From the IMG/VR virus record IMGVR_UViG_3300020577_006811, positions 18,195 through 82,194 of that record: 64,000 bases of DNA. One strand, written 5' to 3'. A program made the position numbers and the translations under genes. Each line of letters starts with the position of its first letter. Position 1 is the stretch's first letter. The DNA comes from a virus. Taxonomy: Duplodnaviria > Caudoviricetes. Shown here one piece after another: positions 15,420-25,679 of the stretch. The notes below the pieces were generated by a model. It made no database searches, had not been told where the DNA came from, and saw only the letters and a program-made list of their open reading frames with translations.

Positions 15420-17726
15420 ATGGCTGACGTCAAATGGTCTGCATTTCCATCCGGCACAACGATTGCTGGTGTGGATATCGTTGTGGGGTTGCAGGGTGGC
15501 GCCAACGTCCAGTGGACCTGGAGCCAAGGGCTTACGTACATCGCGAGCGGCACCGCGACGCTGACCAACAAGACATTTGACACGGCCGGAACGGGAAATT
15601 CGTTTTCGATTGCCGGGGTCGCGGTCACGGCCAACACGGGCACGGGCGCCGTGGCACGCGCGACCTCTCCGACTTTTGTCACGCCGGCTCTGGGAACGCC
15701 TTCGTCTGCCACGCTGACCAATGCGACGGGGCTTCCCATTGGGACCGGCGTTTCAGGACTCGGCACGGGGGTCGCGACCGCTCTTGCTGTCAACGTTGGC
15801 AGCGCGGGTGCGTTTGTCACGTTCAACGGGGCGCTAGGAACGCCAGCCTCTGGCGTTGCAACAAACCTGACCGGACTTCCCCTTACAACGGGCGTTACCG
15901 GCGTTCTCCCGGTTGCCAACGGCGGCACGAATGCAAGCTCTGCCAGCATCACGGCCTTCAACAACATCACGGGTTACACGGCAGCTGGCGCGACTGGCGC
16001 CACGTCAACCAACCTCGTATTCTCAACGTCGCCCACGCTGGTCACGCCTGTCCTTGGGGCCGCCACCGGCACATCGTTGTCTGTGACAGGCGCTCTGACC
16101 GCCTACAGTGGCACGGCTATTCCTGCCGGTGGCACGACGGGTTCAGGCATTAAGTTCTCATCCACGAGCAACTACGGTATTTTCTTTGGCTCTGGCGCCC
16201 CGACGCTGTCGGCGGCGCAGGGGTCTATCTATCTGCGCTCAGACGGTACGTCCTCGACCACCATCTATGCCAACACGGATGGATCTACGACGTGGGCGGC
16301 TGCTGGCGGTGGTGGAACTCCGGGCGGCTCCTCTGGTCAGGTCCAGTACAATAATGCTGGGGCGTTTGGTGGAGCGGCGGGCTTCACGTTCAACGGAACG
16401 GCGACACTGACGCTGGGAGTCGCTGCGACGTCAACCGGCTCGCTGGTGCTTTCCAACGCAACGTCTGGAGCAGCAACACTTACCTCTGACGCGGCGAACA
16501 CGCTCGCCCTGCGTAACTCGACAAACGCGCAGACGTTCAACGTCTACAACACCTACACCGACGCCTCGAACTACGAGCGCGCCTTCCTTGGGTGGTTCTC
16601 GAACGACTTCTATATCTCGACGCAGAAGTCTGGAACCGGCGGCGGCCGCGCCATCGTGTTTCAAACAAACAACACGTCGCGCTGGTTTATCGAGGCAACG
16701 AGTGGCAATTTCCTTGCTGTCTCTGACAACACGATTGACATCGGTTCGTCGGGCACGAACCGCCCGCGCACGGGCTACTTCGGCACGTCCGTTGTGGCGC
16801 CGGCTTTCATCGGCTCGACGTCGATGTCGGCGCCGTACATCACCTTGACGCAGGGCACGATCACGGCCGACGCGCCGCAGCTCAATGGTTCGGTGACGTG
16901 GAACAACTCCGGCGTCACGTTCACCGGCTGGAAGCTCAACGTCACGGATACAGCCTCTGCCTCTGCCTCCCTGCTGATGGACCTGCAGGTGGGGGGAACG
17001 AGTCAGTTTAAGGTGAATAAAGCGGGTGTTGGCACGTTGATTGGGGTGCTCACATCGGGTGGCATCGTAACGACAGGATCTTCCGCCGTCGCCGCAGGCG
17101 GGAATGTCTTTGTTGGCGCAAGCGACAACACCAAATCGATACTCTTCGGCACTGCCACCGACGTCATCCTCGCCCGCGACGCGGCGAACACGCTCGCCCT
17201 GCGTAACTCGACAAACGCGCAGACGTTCAACGTCTACAACACCTACACCGACGCCTCGAACTACGAGGTCGGCATTTTCTCGTGGTCGTCTAATGTTCTG
17301 ACCATCGGTGCGCGCAAAGCTGGGACGGGATTGCAACGCGGAATCAAAATTGAAGGCAACACAGCGGATACCTTAAATTATGGGGTCACAAATGCCGGTT
17401 CATGGACATTTGCCTACAATAGCGGGTTTTCGTTCGTCATCGACGGCAACAGCGGAATGTACACATGGGGAACAACGTCTTCTTTCCCCGCGCTCAAGCG
17501 CGATGGTGTAGGCATCCGCGCTCGTCTTGCAAATGACGGTGCTGATACTTGGTTCAAGGTGCTGCGCACTGTTGTTGCCAGCCTTCCTTCCGCCGCCACC
17601 GCAGGCGCTGGCGCCATGGCTATCGTTTCTGATGCTACCGCGCCCGTGAAGGGCACAGCAGTGACGGGCGGTGGCTCAGTGCAGACGCTGGTCATCTCCG
17701 ATGGTACCAACTGGCTTGCAGGCTAA
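15420..17726 (+). CDS. Tail fibre / receptor-binding protein 1
   Basis: 768 aa G/T/S/A-rich, GVLPVANGGT repeat, followed by a DUF4376 gene. Confidence 0.8.
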   Translation: MADVKWSAFPSGTTIAGVDIVVGLQGGANVQWTWSQGLTYIASGTATLTNKTFDTAGTGNSFSIAGVAVTANTGTGAVARATSPTFVTPALGTPSSATLTNATGLPIGTGVSGLGTGVATALAVNVGSAGAFVTFNGALGTPASGVATNLTGLPLTTGVTGVLPVANGGTNASSASITAFNNITGYTAAGATGATSTNLVFSTSPTLVTPVLGAATGTSLSVTGALTAYSGTAIPAGGTTGSGIKFSSTSNYGIFFGSGAPTLSAAQGSIYLRSDGTSSTTIYANTDGSTTWAAAGGGGTPGGSSGQVQYNNAGAFGGAAGFTFNGTATLTLGVAATSTGSLVLSNATSGAATLTSDAANTLALRNSTNAQTFNVYNTYTDASNYERAFLGWFSNDFYISTQKSGTGGGRAIVFQTNNTSRWFIEATSGNFLAVSDNTIDIGSSGTNRPRTGYFGTSVVAPAFIGSTSMSAPYITLTQGTITADAPQLNGSVTWNNSGVTFTGWKLNVTDTASASASLLMDLQVGGTSQFKVNKAGVGTLIGVLTSGGIVTTGSSAVAAGGNVFVGASDNTKSILFGTATDVILARDAANTLALRNSTNAQTFNVYNTYTDASNYEVGIFSWSSNVLTIGARKAGTGLQRGIKIEGNTADTLNYGVTNAGSWTFAYNSGFSFVIDGNSGMYTWGTTSSFPALKRDGVGIRARLANDGADTWFKVLRTVVASLPSAATAGAGAMAIVSDATAPVKGTAVTGGGSVQTLVISDGTNWLAG
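16488..17267 (+). repeat. Exact 90-bp direct repeat (16488-16577 and 17178-17267)
   Basis: Identical DNA encoding DAANTLALRNSTNAQTFNVYNTYTDASNYE. Confidence 0.95.
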
Positions 17727-17729
17727 CCC

Positions 17730-18395
17730 ATGAACTATGCTATCTCCCTTTCTGGTCAATCCTATACCCTGTCTACACCAGACGACGCTCAGATTGCAGC
17801 GATTGCTGCATGCAGGGCGCGCGTGAATGCTGCAATGCCTCAGACGGTCAAGGACGGCGATAACGACATCCCGAACCCGGAACTGTTGGCAGATTACAAT
17901 GCCTTCCTGCAGCGTGCTTTCGAAGCGTGGGCGACCACCAATCCGGGGTTCACTGCGGAGGAAGTGGAAGCTACAAAGGTTCGCGCCTTCGCCTCTTACG
18001 CAGGCCAGAACCCTCCTGAACAGATCGTTGAGGATGTCCCGCTCACGGGCGATGCCCTGAAGGCGGCCCTCAAAGCCTACGCCGCAAGCAAGCGCTACAC
18101 CGTCGAAACAGGCGGCATGACCGTCAACGGCATGGCCATTCCTACGGATCGCATCACGCAGAGCAAGCTCTCTGGTGCGGTGCTGGCCTTCCAAGCTGGC
18201 GCCCTTACCGGCTCCATTGATTGGAAGACCTCTTCGGGCTGGGTCTCTCTCGATCAAGCCTCCGTCACGGCTCTGGCCTCCGCCGTCGCCATGCACGTCC
18301 AAGCCGCCTTCTCCGTCGAAAAATCCGTCTCTGACGCCATTGATGCAGAGACCATCACAACCATTGATCAGATCAACGCAGCAGCGTGGGCTTAA
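17730..18395 (+). CDS. Tail fibre assembly protein, DUF4376-like
   Basis: LKAYAASKRYTVETGG...TDRITQSKL...IDWKT...HVQAAF. Confidence 0.8.
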   Translation: MNYAISLSGQSYTLSTPDDAQIAAIAACRARVNAAMPQTVKDGDNDIPNPELLADYNAFLQRAFEAWATTNPGFTAEEVEATKVRAFASYAGQNPPEQIVEDVPLTGDALKAALKAYAASKRYTVETGGMTVNGMAIPTDRITQSKLSGAVLAFQAGALTGSIDWKTSSGWVSLDQASVTALASAVAMHVQAAFSVEKSVSDAIDAETITTIDQINAAAWA

Positions 18396-18404
18396 GGACG
18401 CGGG

Positions 18405-19112
18405 ATGACCACGACGAGCACGTACACATTTTCGCAATCTGCCGCCTCCGGATTGACGCTGGTGGCGTTCAGCCGGATCGGGTTGCGCCGGACGGAACTG
18501 ACGGTGCAGCATCTGCAGGACGCGGCGGTTGAGGCGAATCTGCTGCAGGTCAGCATTGCTGGAAATCAGCCCAACCTGTGGTCGTCAGAGATCTACGACA
18601 TCACTCTCGTGGAGGGGCAGGTGGAATATGACCTGCCCGCGCGAATGATCGCAGTCCAAGATATCTACCTGACAACCACCCCAACTGGAGGCACGTCGCA
18701 GACGTCAACCGACCGCGTGCTCGGGGCACTCTCGCTGTTCGAATACGATTCCCAGGCCAACAAACTGCAGCAGGCCCCCCCGACGTCCTACGTCGTGTTC
18801 AAGACCTTGCAGCCGACCATCAAGTTCTGGCAGGTGCCCGACGGCAACGCCACCTACGTGGCGCACGTCCGCATGCTGACCCAGATCCAGGACGCCAGCC
18901 AGCGCAACGGAACGACGCTGGATCTGCCCTACATCTACCTTGATACCTACGTCGCGGGGCTTGCCTACCGTATGGCGCGCATCTACGCCCCCGACAAGGA
19001 AATGATGCGCAAGCAGGACTACATGGAAGCGCTGGCGATCTCGCAGAACACGGACACGCAGGACTCGGTTGGTCTCTACATCCAGCCGGATTTCAGCGTC
19101 TACAATAATTAA
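18405..19112 (+). CDS. Head-tail adaptor/connector-type protein
   Basis: AFSRIG...NQPNLW...YDLPA; LAYRMA...Y helix; structural context. Confidence 0.65.
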   Translation: MTTTSTYTFSQSAASGLTLVAFSRIGLRRTELTVQHLQDAAVEANLLQVSIAGNQPNLWSSEIYDITLVEGQVEYDLPARMIAVQDIYLTTTPTGGTSQTSTDRVLGALSLFEYDSQANKLQQAPPTSYVVFKTLQPTIKFWQVPDGNATYVAHVRMLTQIQDASQRNGTTLDLPYIYLDTYVAGLAYRMARIYAPDKEMMRKQDYMEALAISQNTDTQDSVGLYIQPDFSVYNN

Positions 19113-19134
19113 CTGACTTAATAAATGGTGACCT

Positions 19135-19860
19135 GTGACCTACCGCCCATACCCAAAGTATGCCAGCCGCGACCCACACGCGGGCCCATTGACGACGTGC
19201 TCGACCTGCGGGTTTTTGTGGAACGGCACCAGCATGGGCTTCCAGTACGATTTCCGCGGCGGCAGCACGCCTATCAACACCCAGCTATTACGTTGCCCGA
19301 GGTGTTTTGACTCGATTTCATACCAACAAAAGCTTCTGATCATCCCGCCCGATCCGCCGACGTTCTACAACGTGCGCCCGGAAAATTACACCGTGGATGA
19401 AACCAATTGGCTGACCACGACTGACGGCCAAGAGATCATCACGACCGAGAGCAACGAGCCGATCATCACCAACTTCCCGAATCCGGGAGACGCTGGCAAT
19501 GCGTCGGTCTTGACGTGTCGGATCTCTGCGCCAGGCGGCAGCGTTGCGGTGGCGTACCTTGATCTGTTCCTTGGCGCGCCCTCGCAAGGGGGCGTATCGG
19601 TGCTGCAAAGCATCACTGGCTCAGCAACGCGGACAAACATCGCGAGCGCGTTGACGACGTCGAGCGGCGTGGCTACCAATCCTGATTACATCGTCCTCAC
19701 ATCAGCGTCGGCCGCGCAGACCAACGTGACATACGTTGGCATCTATGACGCCGCAACGCACGGCACGCTGCTGATGGAAGGCGCCGTAGGTGCGTCCCCG
19801 TCCATCGGCCTCGGCAATCCGGTTCAGTTTAATCAGCTGGGGCTTTCCATCACTCTCTAG
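19135..19860 (+). CDS. Structural hypothetical protein with N-terminal CxxC pairs (GTG start)
   Basis: CSTC, CPRC, PPDP, LTTTDGQEIITTE. Confidence 0.65.
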   Translation: MTYRPYPKYASRDPHAGPLTTCSTCGFLWNGTSMGFQYDFRGGSTPINTQLLRCPRCFDSISYQQKLLIIPPDPPTFYNVRPENYTVDETNWLTTTDGQEIITTESNEPIITNFPNPGDAGNASVLTCRISAPGGSVAVAYLDLFLGAPSQGGVSVLQSITGSATRTNIASALTTSSGVATNPDYIVLTSASAAQTNVTYVGIYDAATHGTLLMEGAVGASPSIGLGNPVQFNQLGLSITL

Positions 19861-19871
19861 GAAGCCACCCT

Positions 19872-20123
19872 ATGACGGATCACGAGAAGCAAATTAAGAA
19901 GCTCAACGACATGCTGCAGGCTGCGATCAACCAACGCAACGCCTCGCAGAACGAGTGCGTGCAATTGGGGGCTCATTTGCAGGAAGCCGCCCGTGAGATT
20001 GAGCGGCTGGCCGCCGAAGTGAGCGCGCTCACAGAAAAGTTGGCCAGTGACGCCGCTGATGATAAACCAGATTTGAGCACGCCCAAGGCGAATGGGCATG
20101 CAGAGGAGATGTCCGCCGCGTAA
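19872..20123 (+). CDS. Small coiled-coil protein
   Basis: 83 aa heptad pattern; AGGAAG SD. Confidence 0.65.
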   Translation: MTDHEKQIKKLNDMLQAAINQRNASQNECVQLGAHLQEAAREIERLAAEVSALTEKLASDAADDKPDLSTPKANGHAEEMSAA

Positions 20124-20153
20124 AGACAAATTGCCTTCGCGCGTGGAGACGTC

Positions 20154-23100
20154 ATGGCTAACATCAATGTTGGCAATCTGCCTGTTGCTATCAGTGTCAC
20201 AGGGGACGACTATATTCCCTTGGACCAGGGCGGCGTCACGAAGCGCGCGAAGGCCTCTCTTATCGCAGGTACAGCCACGGGGTTTGTGCCAACTACCCGC
20301 CGGATAGATGCGGGTGTCGGACTGAGCGGCGGTGGTACGCTCGCTACCGACGTGACGATCAATTTCGACCCCAGCGTTCTGTTCGCTGCCACCACGCAGG
20401 CCGCCGCTGACCAGTACGTTATCCAGCAGGCCGCGACGAGCCTTCCTAAGACTATTACGTTCGCCAATTCGATGAAGGCCATCGGCACGCTGACAGCGTC
20501 TCCGGCATTGGATTTGACGGCCGACAAATTTGTTGTTCTGCGGGCGGCTGATGGCCTGACGTATTCGGCGACCGCGTCTCAGATCTCGCTGGCGGCGGGC
20601 AACGTGCCAGCAGGCGGCACCACAGGTCAGGTGCTCGCCAAGAATTCGAGCACGAACTACGACACGGCGTGGATCAACAACTCCATCACGCTGGATGCGC
20701 TCTCCATCGCTGCCAACCCGACAGGCGGCGCCACGACCTCAACGTCGGTTACTCTCGGCGCGACGCTTGCGTTTTCTGGCAGCAGTTTGCGAACGGCGGC
20801 CGCGACAGGCGATGTCACATGGTCGGCCAACAGCTTCGCGACCACGATTGCAGCCAACGCCGTCACCAACGCCAAATTCAGGCAGAGCGTGGCCGTGTCT
20901 GTGGTCGGCAACGCCACCAATGCGACGGCCGACGTCGCAGACATCGCTGGCACCGCCAACCAGATACTGCGGGTCGATGGGGCAGGTACAGGGCTGGCAT
21001 TCGGGTCGATTGACCTTGCGCAGACGGCGACAGTCGGCACCTCCATCCTGCCCGTCCCGAATGGAGGCACGGGCGTCGCAACCACCACGGCCTACGCGCT
21101 TCTGGCAGGCGGCACGACCTCCACGGGCTCGTTACAGAGCCTCGCGGGTGTCGGCACAAGCGGCCAAGTGCTGGTCTCCAATGGGGCGGGCAATCTGCCA
21201 ACGTGGCAGACGGCGACGGCCGCCATCGGGCAGGCCCTGACCAGGGTTGACGATACCAATGTGACCCTGACGTTGGGAGGATCCCCCACGACGGCGCTAC
21301 TGTCCGCCACCTCTCTGACCCTTGGCTGGACAGGCCAACTTGCGCTCACGCGTGGTGGCACGGCGGCGTCCCTGACCGCTTCGGACGGCGGCATTGTGTA
21401 TTCGACGGCCACCGCGATGGCCATCCTATCCGGCACGGCGACGGCGGGGCAGATCATCCGCTCTGGATCTAGCACCGCGCCCTCGTGGTCAACCAGCACC
21501 TACCCTGCGACCAGCGCCGCAGGCACTATCCTCGCCTCCGGGACAGACAACACCATTACCGCCACCGCGACCCCAACGCTTGGCGTCGCAGGCACGACGC
21601 TTGGCACGCTAGCCTTTGCGGGCAACACGTCTGGCGTCGTGACGATCACCCCGCAGGCCGCGGCCGGCACGCCGACCCTCACATTCCCCAATGCGTCAGG
21701 CACGTTTGCAGTCAGCGCGACGGCCCCGATCACGCTCAACACCACCACGGGCGCCATTGGCATCACCTCGGCGGCGCTCACCAAGGTCGATGACACCAAC
21801 GTCACGCTGACCCTCGGCGGCACGCCCGGCTCGGCGCTGCTCGCGGCTACGTCTCTGACCTTGGGATGGACGGGTCAGCTGGCCCTCACCCGAGGCGGCA
21901 CGGCAGCGTCCCTCACCGCCTCGAATGGCGGCATTGTGTATTCGACGGCCACCGCGATGGCCATTTTGTCAGGAACAGCAACGGCCAATCAGATCCTGAT
22001 GTCGGGGTCGTCGGCTGCACCCGCGTGGTCGACGGCCACTTATCCCGCCACGACCACCATCAATCAGCTGCTTTATTCGTCGTCGGCTAACACCATCGCG
22101 GGGCTGGCGACCGCCAATGGCGGCATCCTCAACGCCAACAGCAGCGGCGTGCCGTCTATCACGACAAGCCCGACGCTCGGCGTTCAACAAACGACCCGCG
22201 GGCAATTGATCTTGGCCAATACGGCGGCGGGCGCCTTCCCAGCGACACTTCAGTCGTCCAATTTGGCGACTGCGGCGACGACGCTGACGCTGCCGCCGGA
22301 TGCGGGCACCAGCGGCTACGTGCTGTCCACGGACGGCGCTGGCGTTCTGACGTGGGTTGCCGTCGGCGGCACGGGCACCGTCACCAGCCTGACGCCGGGA
22401 AGCGGCCTCACATCGACCATCACGGGAGCGCCCCCCGGAAGCGCCATCACAACAACCGGGACGCTGTCCAGCACGCAGGTCGTCAACGCGCAGACCGGCA
22501 CCACGTACACGGTACTCGACAGCGACCGCGCCGGTCTGGTGACCTTCAGCAACGCTTCGTCGATCGCCGTGACGCTGCCGCAGGCTGGGGCCGCCAGTGC
22601 CTTCCAGGCTGGCTGGTTTGTGACATTCCGCAATATCGGCGCTGGCGTCGTCACCATCACGCCGACAACCTCGACAATTGGTGGCAACGCCACTCTGGTT
22701 TTGACCAAGGGCCAATCCGCCTGCGTCACGTCAGATGGCACAAATTATCAAGTTAGCGCACGAACGCCTCTTGTGACGCAGGCGCAGTGCCGATTGGATT
22801 ATGTCAGCACCACGCAGATCCAACTCAATCGCTACAACGGCCAGTACCTGTTCATCAACGGCCAGAATGAGGTCATCCCGGCGACAGGCCCGACATTGGC
22901 CAATACGGGTCTGACGGCGGCGACGCTCTACTACATCTACGCCTACATGAGTTCGGGCACGATGACGTTGGAAGCGAGCGCGACGGCGCCTACCAGCGAC
23001 GCCACATTTGGCATCAAGATCAAGACTGGCGACGCGACACGTTCGCTCGTCGGCATGGTCTACATGGACGCCGGCACGCCTGGGACTTTTGCGGATAGCG

Positions 23101-23531
23101 CGACTGCGCGGTGGGTGATTTCATACTACAATCGGGTCAGTGCGGCTCTGACCGTCAACTCTGGCGGTCTTCTCACTGTCAGCAGCAGCCCGTGGGTTGA
23201 AATCAGTTCAACCTTACGCACGGCGTTCCTCCACTGGGCGGATGAAACCATTTCGTGCGCAACGACGGTTATGATCTACCACGCTTCCGCCAACGTCGCA
23301 GTTTACGCGCGCATTGGTTTTGGTGTTGCAGTCGGCACCTACGCAACCGGAAATGCTTGTGCCTTTTTTGGCGTGTCTGCCGCTTCGAATTACTACAGCG
23401 ACGTATCAACGGGAGGATATTATGCCCCGCAAGCGGGCCTCAACACCGCAACACTGCAGGGCGGTAGAGACAGCGGCACAGGAAACTATGCTAGCGGCTA
23501 CACAGGTTACACGCTCATGATCGTGAAATGA
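20154..23531 (+). CDS. Tail fibre protein 2
   Basis: 1125 aa, T/A/G/S-rich, VDDTNVTLTLGG repeats, followed by an assembly-type gene. Confidence 0.82.
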   Translation: MANINVGNLPVAISVTGDDYIPLDQGGVTKRAKASLIAGTATGFVPTTRRIDAGVGLSGGGTLATDVTINFDPSVLFAATTQAAADQYVIQQAATSLPKTITFANSMKAIGTLTASPALDLTADKFVVLRAADGLTYSATASQISLAAGNVPAGGTTGQVLAKNSSTNYDTAWINNSITLDALSIAANPTGGATTSTSVTLGATLAFSGSSLRTAAATGDVTWSANSFATTIAANAVTNAKFRQSVAVSVVGNATNATADVADIAGTANQILRVDGAGTGLAFGSIDLAQTATVGTSILPVPNGGTGVATTTAYALLAGGTTSTGSLQSLAGVGTSGQVLVSNGAGNLPTWQTATAAIGQALTRVDDTNVTLTLGGSPTTALLSATSLTLGWTGQLALTRGGTAASLTASDGGIVYSTATAMAILSGTATAGQIIRSGSSTAPSWSTSTYPATSAAGTILASGTDNTITATATPTLGVAGTTLGTLAFAGNTSGVVTITPQAAAGTPTLTFPNASGTFAVSATAPITLNTTTGAIGITSAALTKVDDTNVTLTLGGTPGSALLAATSLTLGWTGQLALTRGGTAASLTASNGGIVYSTATAMAILSGTATANQILMSGSSAAPAWSTATYPATTTINQLLYSSSANTIAGLATANGGILNANSSGVPSITTSPTLGVQQTTRGQLILANTAAGAFPATLQSSNLATAATTLTLPPDAGTSGYVLSTDGAGVLTWVAVGGTGTVTSLTPGSGLTSTITGAPPGSAITTTGTLSSTQVVNAQTGTTYTVLDSDRAGLVTFSNASSIAVTLPQAGAASAFQAGWFVTFRNIGAGVVTITPTTSTIGGNATLVLTKGQSACVTSDGTNYQVSARTPLVTQAQCRLDYVSTTQIQLNRYNGQYLFINGQNEVIPATGPTLANTGLTAATLYYIYAYMSSGTMTLEASATAPTSDATFGIKIKTGDATRSLVGMVYMDAGTPGTFADSATARWVISYYNRVSAALTVNSGGLLTVSSSPWVEISSTLRTAFLHWADETISCATTVMIYHASANVAVYARIGFGVAVGTYATGNACAFFGVSAASNYYSDVSTGGYYAPQAGLNTATLQGGRDSGTGNYASGYTGYTLMIVK
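21234..21995 (+). repeat. Imperfect ~222-bp tandem module (21234-21455 and 21774-21995)
   Basis: 74-aa unit ALT(R/K)VDDTNVTLTLGG...GTATA(G/N)QI duplicated at 540-bp offset. Confidence 0.9.
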
Positions 23532-24010
23532 CCATGCCCCCGGTTTCTCATCTTATCCCAGCGCAAGTGACAGAAGCGGTGGGCGCGGTGGCGCCCATCA
23601 CAGGCATGGCCTTTGGCGATCTCGACGACAAGAGCACATGGGCATGCAGTTTTAAGGACGAGGCGACGGACGCACAGAGGCTGGCGGCACAAGCCGTGAT
23701 CGACGCCTACGTGCCAAAAGCCCCCGTGCCGGACGTAATCAGCGACCGCCAATTCTTCCAGCAACTCGCTGTGCTCGGCATCATCACCACGGATGAGGCG
23801 CTGGCGGCGGTCGGCCCCGGCGACATCCCGGCGGCGCTCGATGCGCTCATTGCGCAACTGCCGCCCGACAAGCAGTTTGCAGCCCGCATGCTGCTCTCAG
23901 GGGCAACGCAGTTCGACCGCAAGCATCCGCTGGTTGCTGTCTTCGCCTCGGCATTCGAATGGAATGCCGACCAAATCGATGCCTTCTGGACTGCGGCTTC
24001 GGCGCTTTAA
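23528..24010 (+). CDS. Tail fibre assembly-type protein
   Basis: PDVISDRQFFQQLA...ATQFDRKHPLV...IDAFWTAA; overlaps fibre stop. Confidence 0.75.
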   Translation: MTMPPVSHLIPAQVTEAVGAVAPITGMAFGDLDDKSTWACSFKDEATDAQRLAAQAVIDAYVPKAPVPDVISDRQFFQQLAVLGIITTDEALAAVGPGDIPAALDALIAQLPPDKQFAARMLLSGATQFDRKHPLVAVFASAFEWNADQIDAFWTAASAL

Positions 24011-24067
24011 TTTGTGCTCAGATGAAGCGTTTGCGTCTCGTGCTCGTCCCAATCGAGATCCAGATCC

Positions 24068-24829
24068 ATGCCAATCATCTTTTCCAGCGACTTTCTGTCT
24101 GGCGAACCGCGCCCTCTCGCGCTCTACAACCAAAACCCCGTTTACGTCGAGATGGCGCCGCGCGCCGTCAATAATGTGCAGACGGCGGCCTCCGCTGGCG
24201 GCCCCGGGGTAGCGTGGTGGCCCGATGGGAACCACACGACGCCCGGGCTCGCAGGCTGGCTGAACCTTGTGTCTGTCTGGTATGCGACCAGTATGGTCGA
24301 CCCGCTGGGCCGCGTGGGCAACATCCCGGCCGCAGACCTGCGCGACGCCGTCGTTCGGTTGCGCTGCCGCGCCGTCGCGGGCCCTGGCTATCAATACGGG
24401 TTCTACTTGCCGCGATCGACGCGCCTTGGCTGGTGGATCCAAACCTACGATCCCGCCGCCTGCAATGGCCTTGGAGGCTACGCGAACTGGTTTCAGACCC
24501 GCAACCTGATTTGCGAACAGATGGGTGTGAACAGGCCGTATGTTCGCAACGGCAACGACGCTGTCATCATGGCCTCGAAGGGGTGGGTCGACTGCGTGAT
24601 CCCGCTCTCGACGGACCCGGGCGATTGGATGGCGATGGGGTGCAATCCCGGCAAGGCGACAACGTACGGCAACTCAAGCATCGGCTACGCACTGAAGACG
24701 TGGTCGCACGACATGGGTATCATTGCAGTGACAGGTGAGCATGGGGCAAGTTACCCAGCCTACACTTACCCGCTTGGCTTTGGTGGCGGTGAGTTTCACA
24801 TCGACAGCATCTCGATAGAGACGCCATAA
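24068..24829 (+). CDS. Hypothetical protein (Trp/Gly/Tyr-rich, 253 aa)
   Basis: Normal phage codon usage; no family recognised. Confidence 0.6.
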   Translation: MPIIFSSDFLSGEPRPLALYNQNPVYVEMAPRAVNNVQTAASAGGPGVAWWPDGNHTTPGLAGWLNLVSVWYATSMVDPLGRVGNIPAADLRDAVVRLRCRAVAGPGYQYGFYLPRSTRLGWWIQTYDPAACNGLGGYANWFQTRNLICEQMGVNRPYVRNGNDAVIMASKGWVDCVIPLSTDPGDWMAMGCNPGKATTYGNSSIGYALKTWSHDMGIIAVTGEHGASYPAYTYPLGFGGGEFHIDSISIETP

Positions 24830-24870
24830 CCAACAACACGCGCAATTCATCAGCCGAAAGGCCATGCAGC

Positions 24871-25599
24871 ATGAACTACACCGACATCACGACCGAGTGG
24901 TCGAACATCACCATGATCCCGCTGACTGACGCGGACTTCGTTGCAAATTTGCCTTCCACAATTGCGTATGCGGAGGGCCGCATCACCCGCGATCTTGATT
25001 TGATGGCGGCAAATGTCCGCGACGACACCGGCAGCACCGTAGCTGGATCAAGAAACTTCAATCTGCCGACGACTTACGGCACGTTTCTTATCGTGACCGG
25101 GATCAATATCATTACGCCTGCCTCTGTCGCGCCGGACAGCGGCACGCGCAACGCACTCACCTACGTATCGCGTGACGTTCTCGATTACACCTACGGCAGC
25201 AGCACCAGCAGCGGGGTGCCTACGCAATTTGCGTACATTACGCAGGATACGCAGTCTGGAGGCCAATCCCAGATCATCTTTGGCCCTTGGCCCGACGCCA
25301 CGTACCGCGTCGAGGTTATCGGAAAAATTCAACCGGAGGCGCTGTCGGCGAGCAACCCCAACACGTGGCTTAGCGACAATCTGCCAGAACTCTATTTGGC
25401 CGCGGGCATGGTTTGGCTGTCGGGCTACATGCGCAACTACGGCGCCGCCGCGGACGACCCCAACATGCCTGGAAGCTGGGAAGCACGCTACAAAGAGCTT
25501 CTGGCGTCTGCTTCGGTTTACCAAGCCAGGGCACGATTTGGGGGTGCCTCGTGGACACCACATCAAGTTGAGCCGACTGCTGTCCCGCAGCGTGGGTGA
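24871..25599 (+). CDS. Head-tail adaptor protein
   Basis: IAYAEGRITRDL, GVPTQFA, GPWPDATY, TWLSDNLPELYL. Confidence 0.75.
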   Translation: MNYTDITTEWSNITMIPLTDADFVANLPSTIAYAEGRITRDLDLMAANVRDDTGSTVAGSRNFNLPTTYGTFLIVTGINIITPASVAPDSGTRNALTYVSRDVLDYTYGSSTSSGVPTQFAYITQDTQSGGQSQIIFGPWPDATYRVEVIGKIQPEALSASNPNTWLSDNLPELYLAAGMVWLSGYMRNYGAAADDPNMPGSWEARYKELLASASVYQARARFGGASWTPHQVEPTAVPQRG

Positions 25600-25679
25600 T
25601 TTGTGTTGATGCCCGCCGCGCGAATAGTTATCCACTGAGGGTGTGTACCGCGTACCTTTAAGCTAGAGGAGCGCGTGTC

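Noticed and set aside
16488-17267. Diversity-generating retroelement (TR/VR pair) in fibre 1
   Set aside because: The copies are identical with no adenine-specific mismatches, both lie inside one ORF, and no reverse transcriptase gene is in the window
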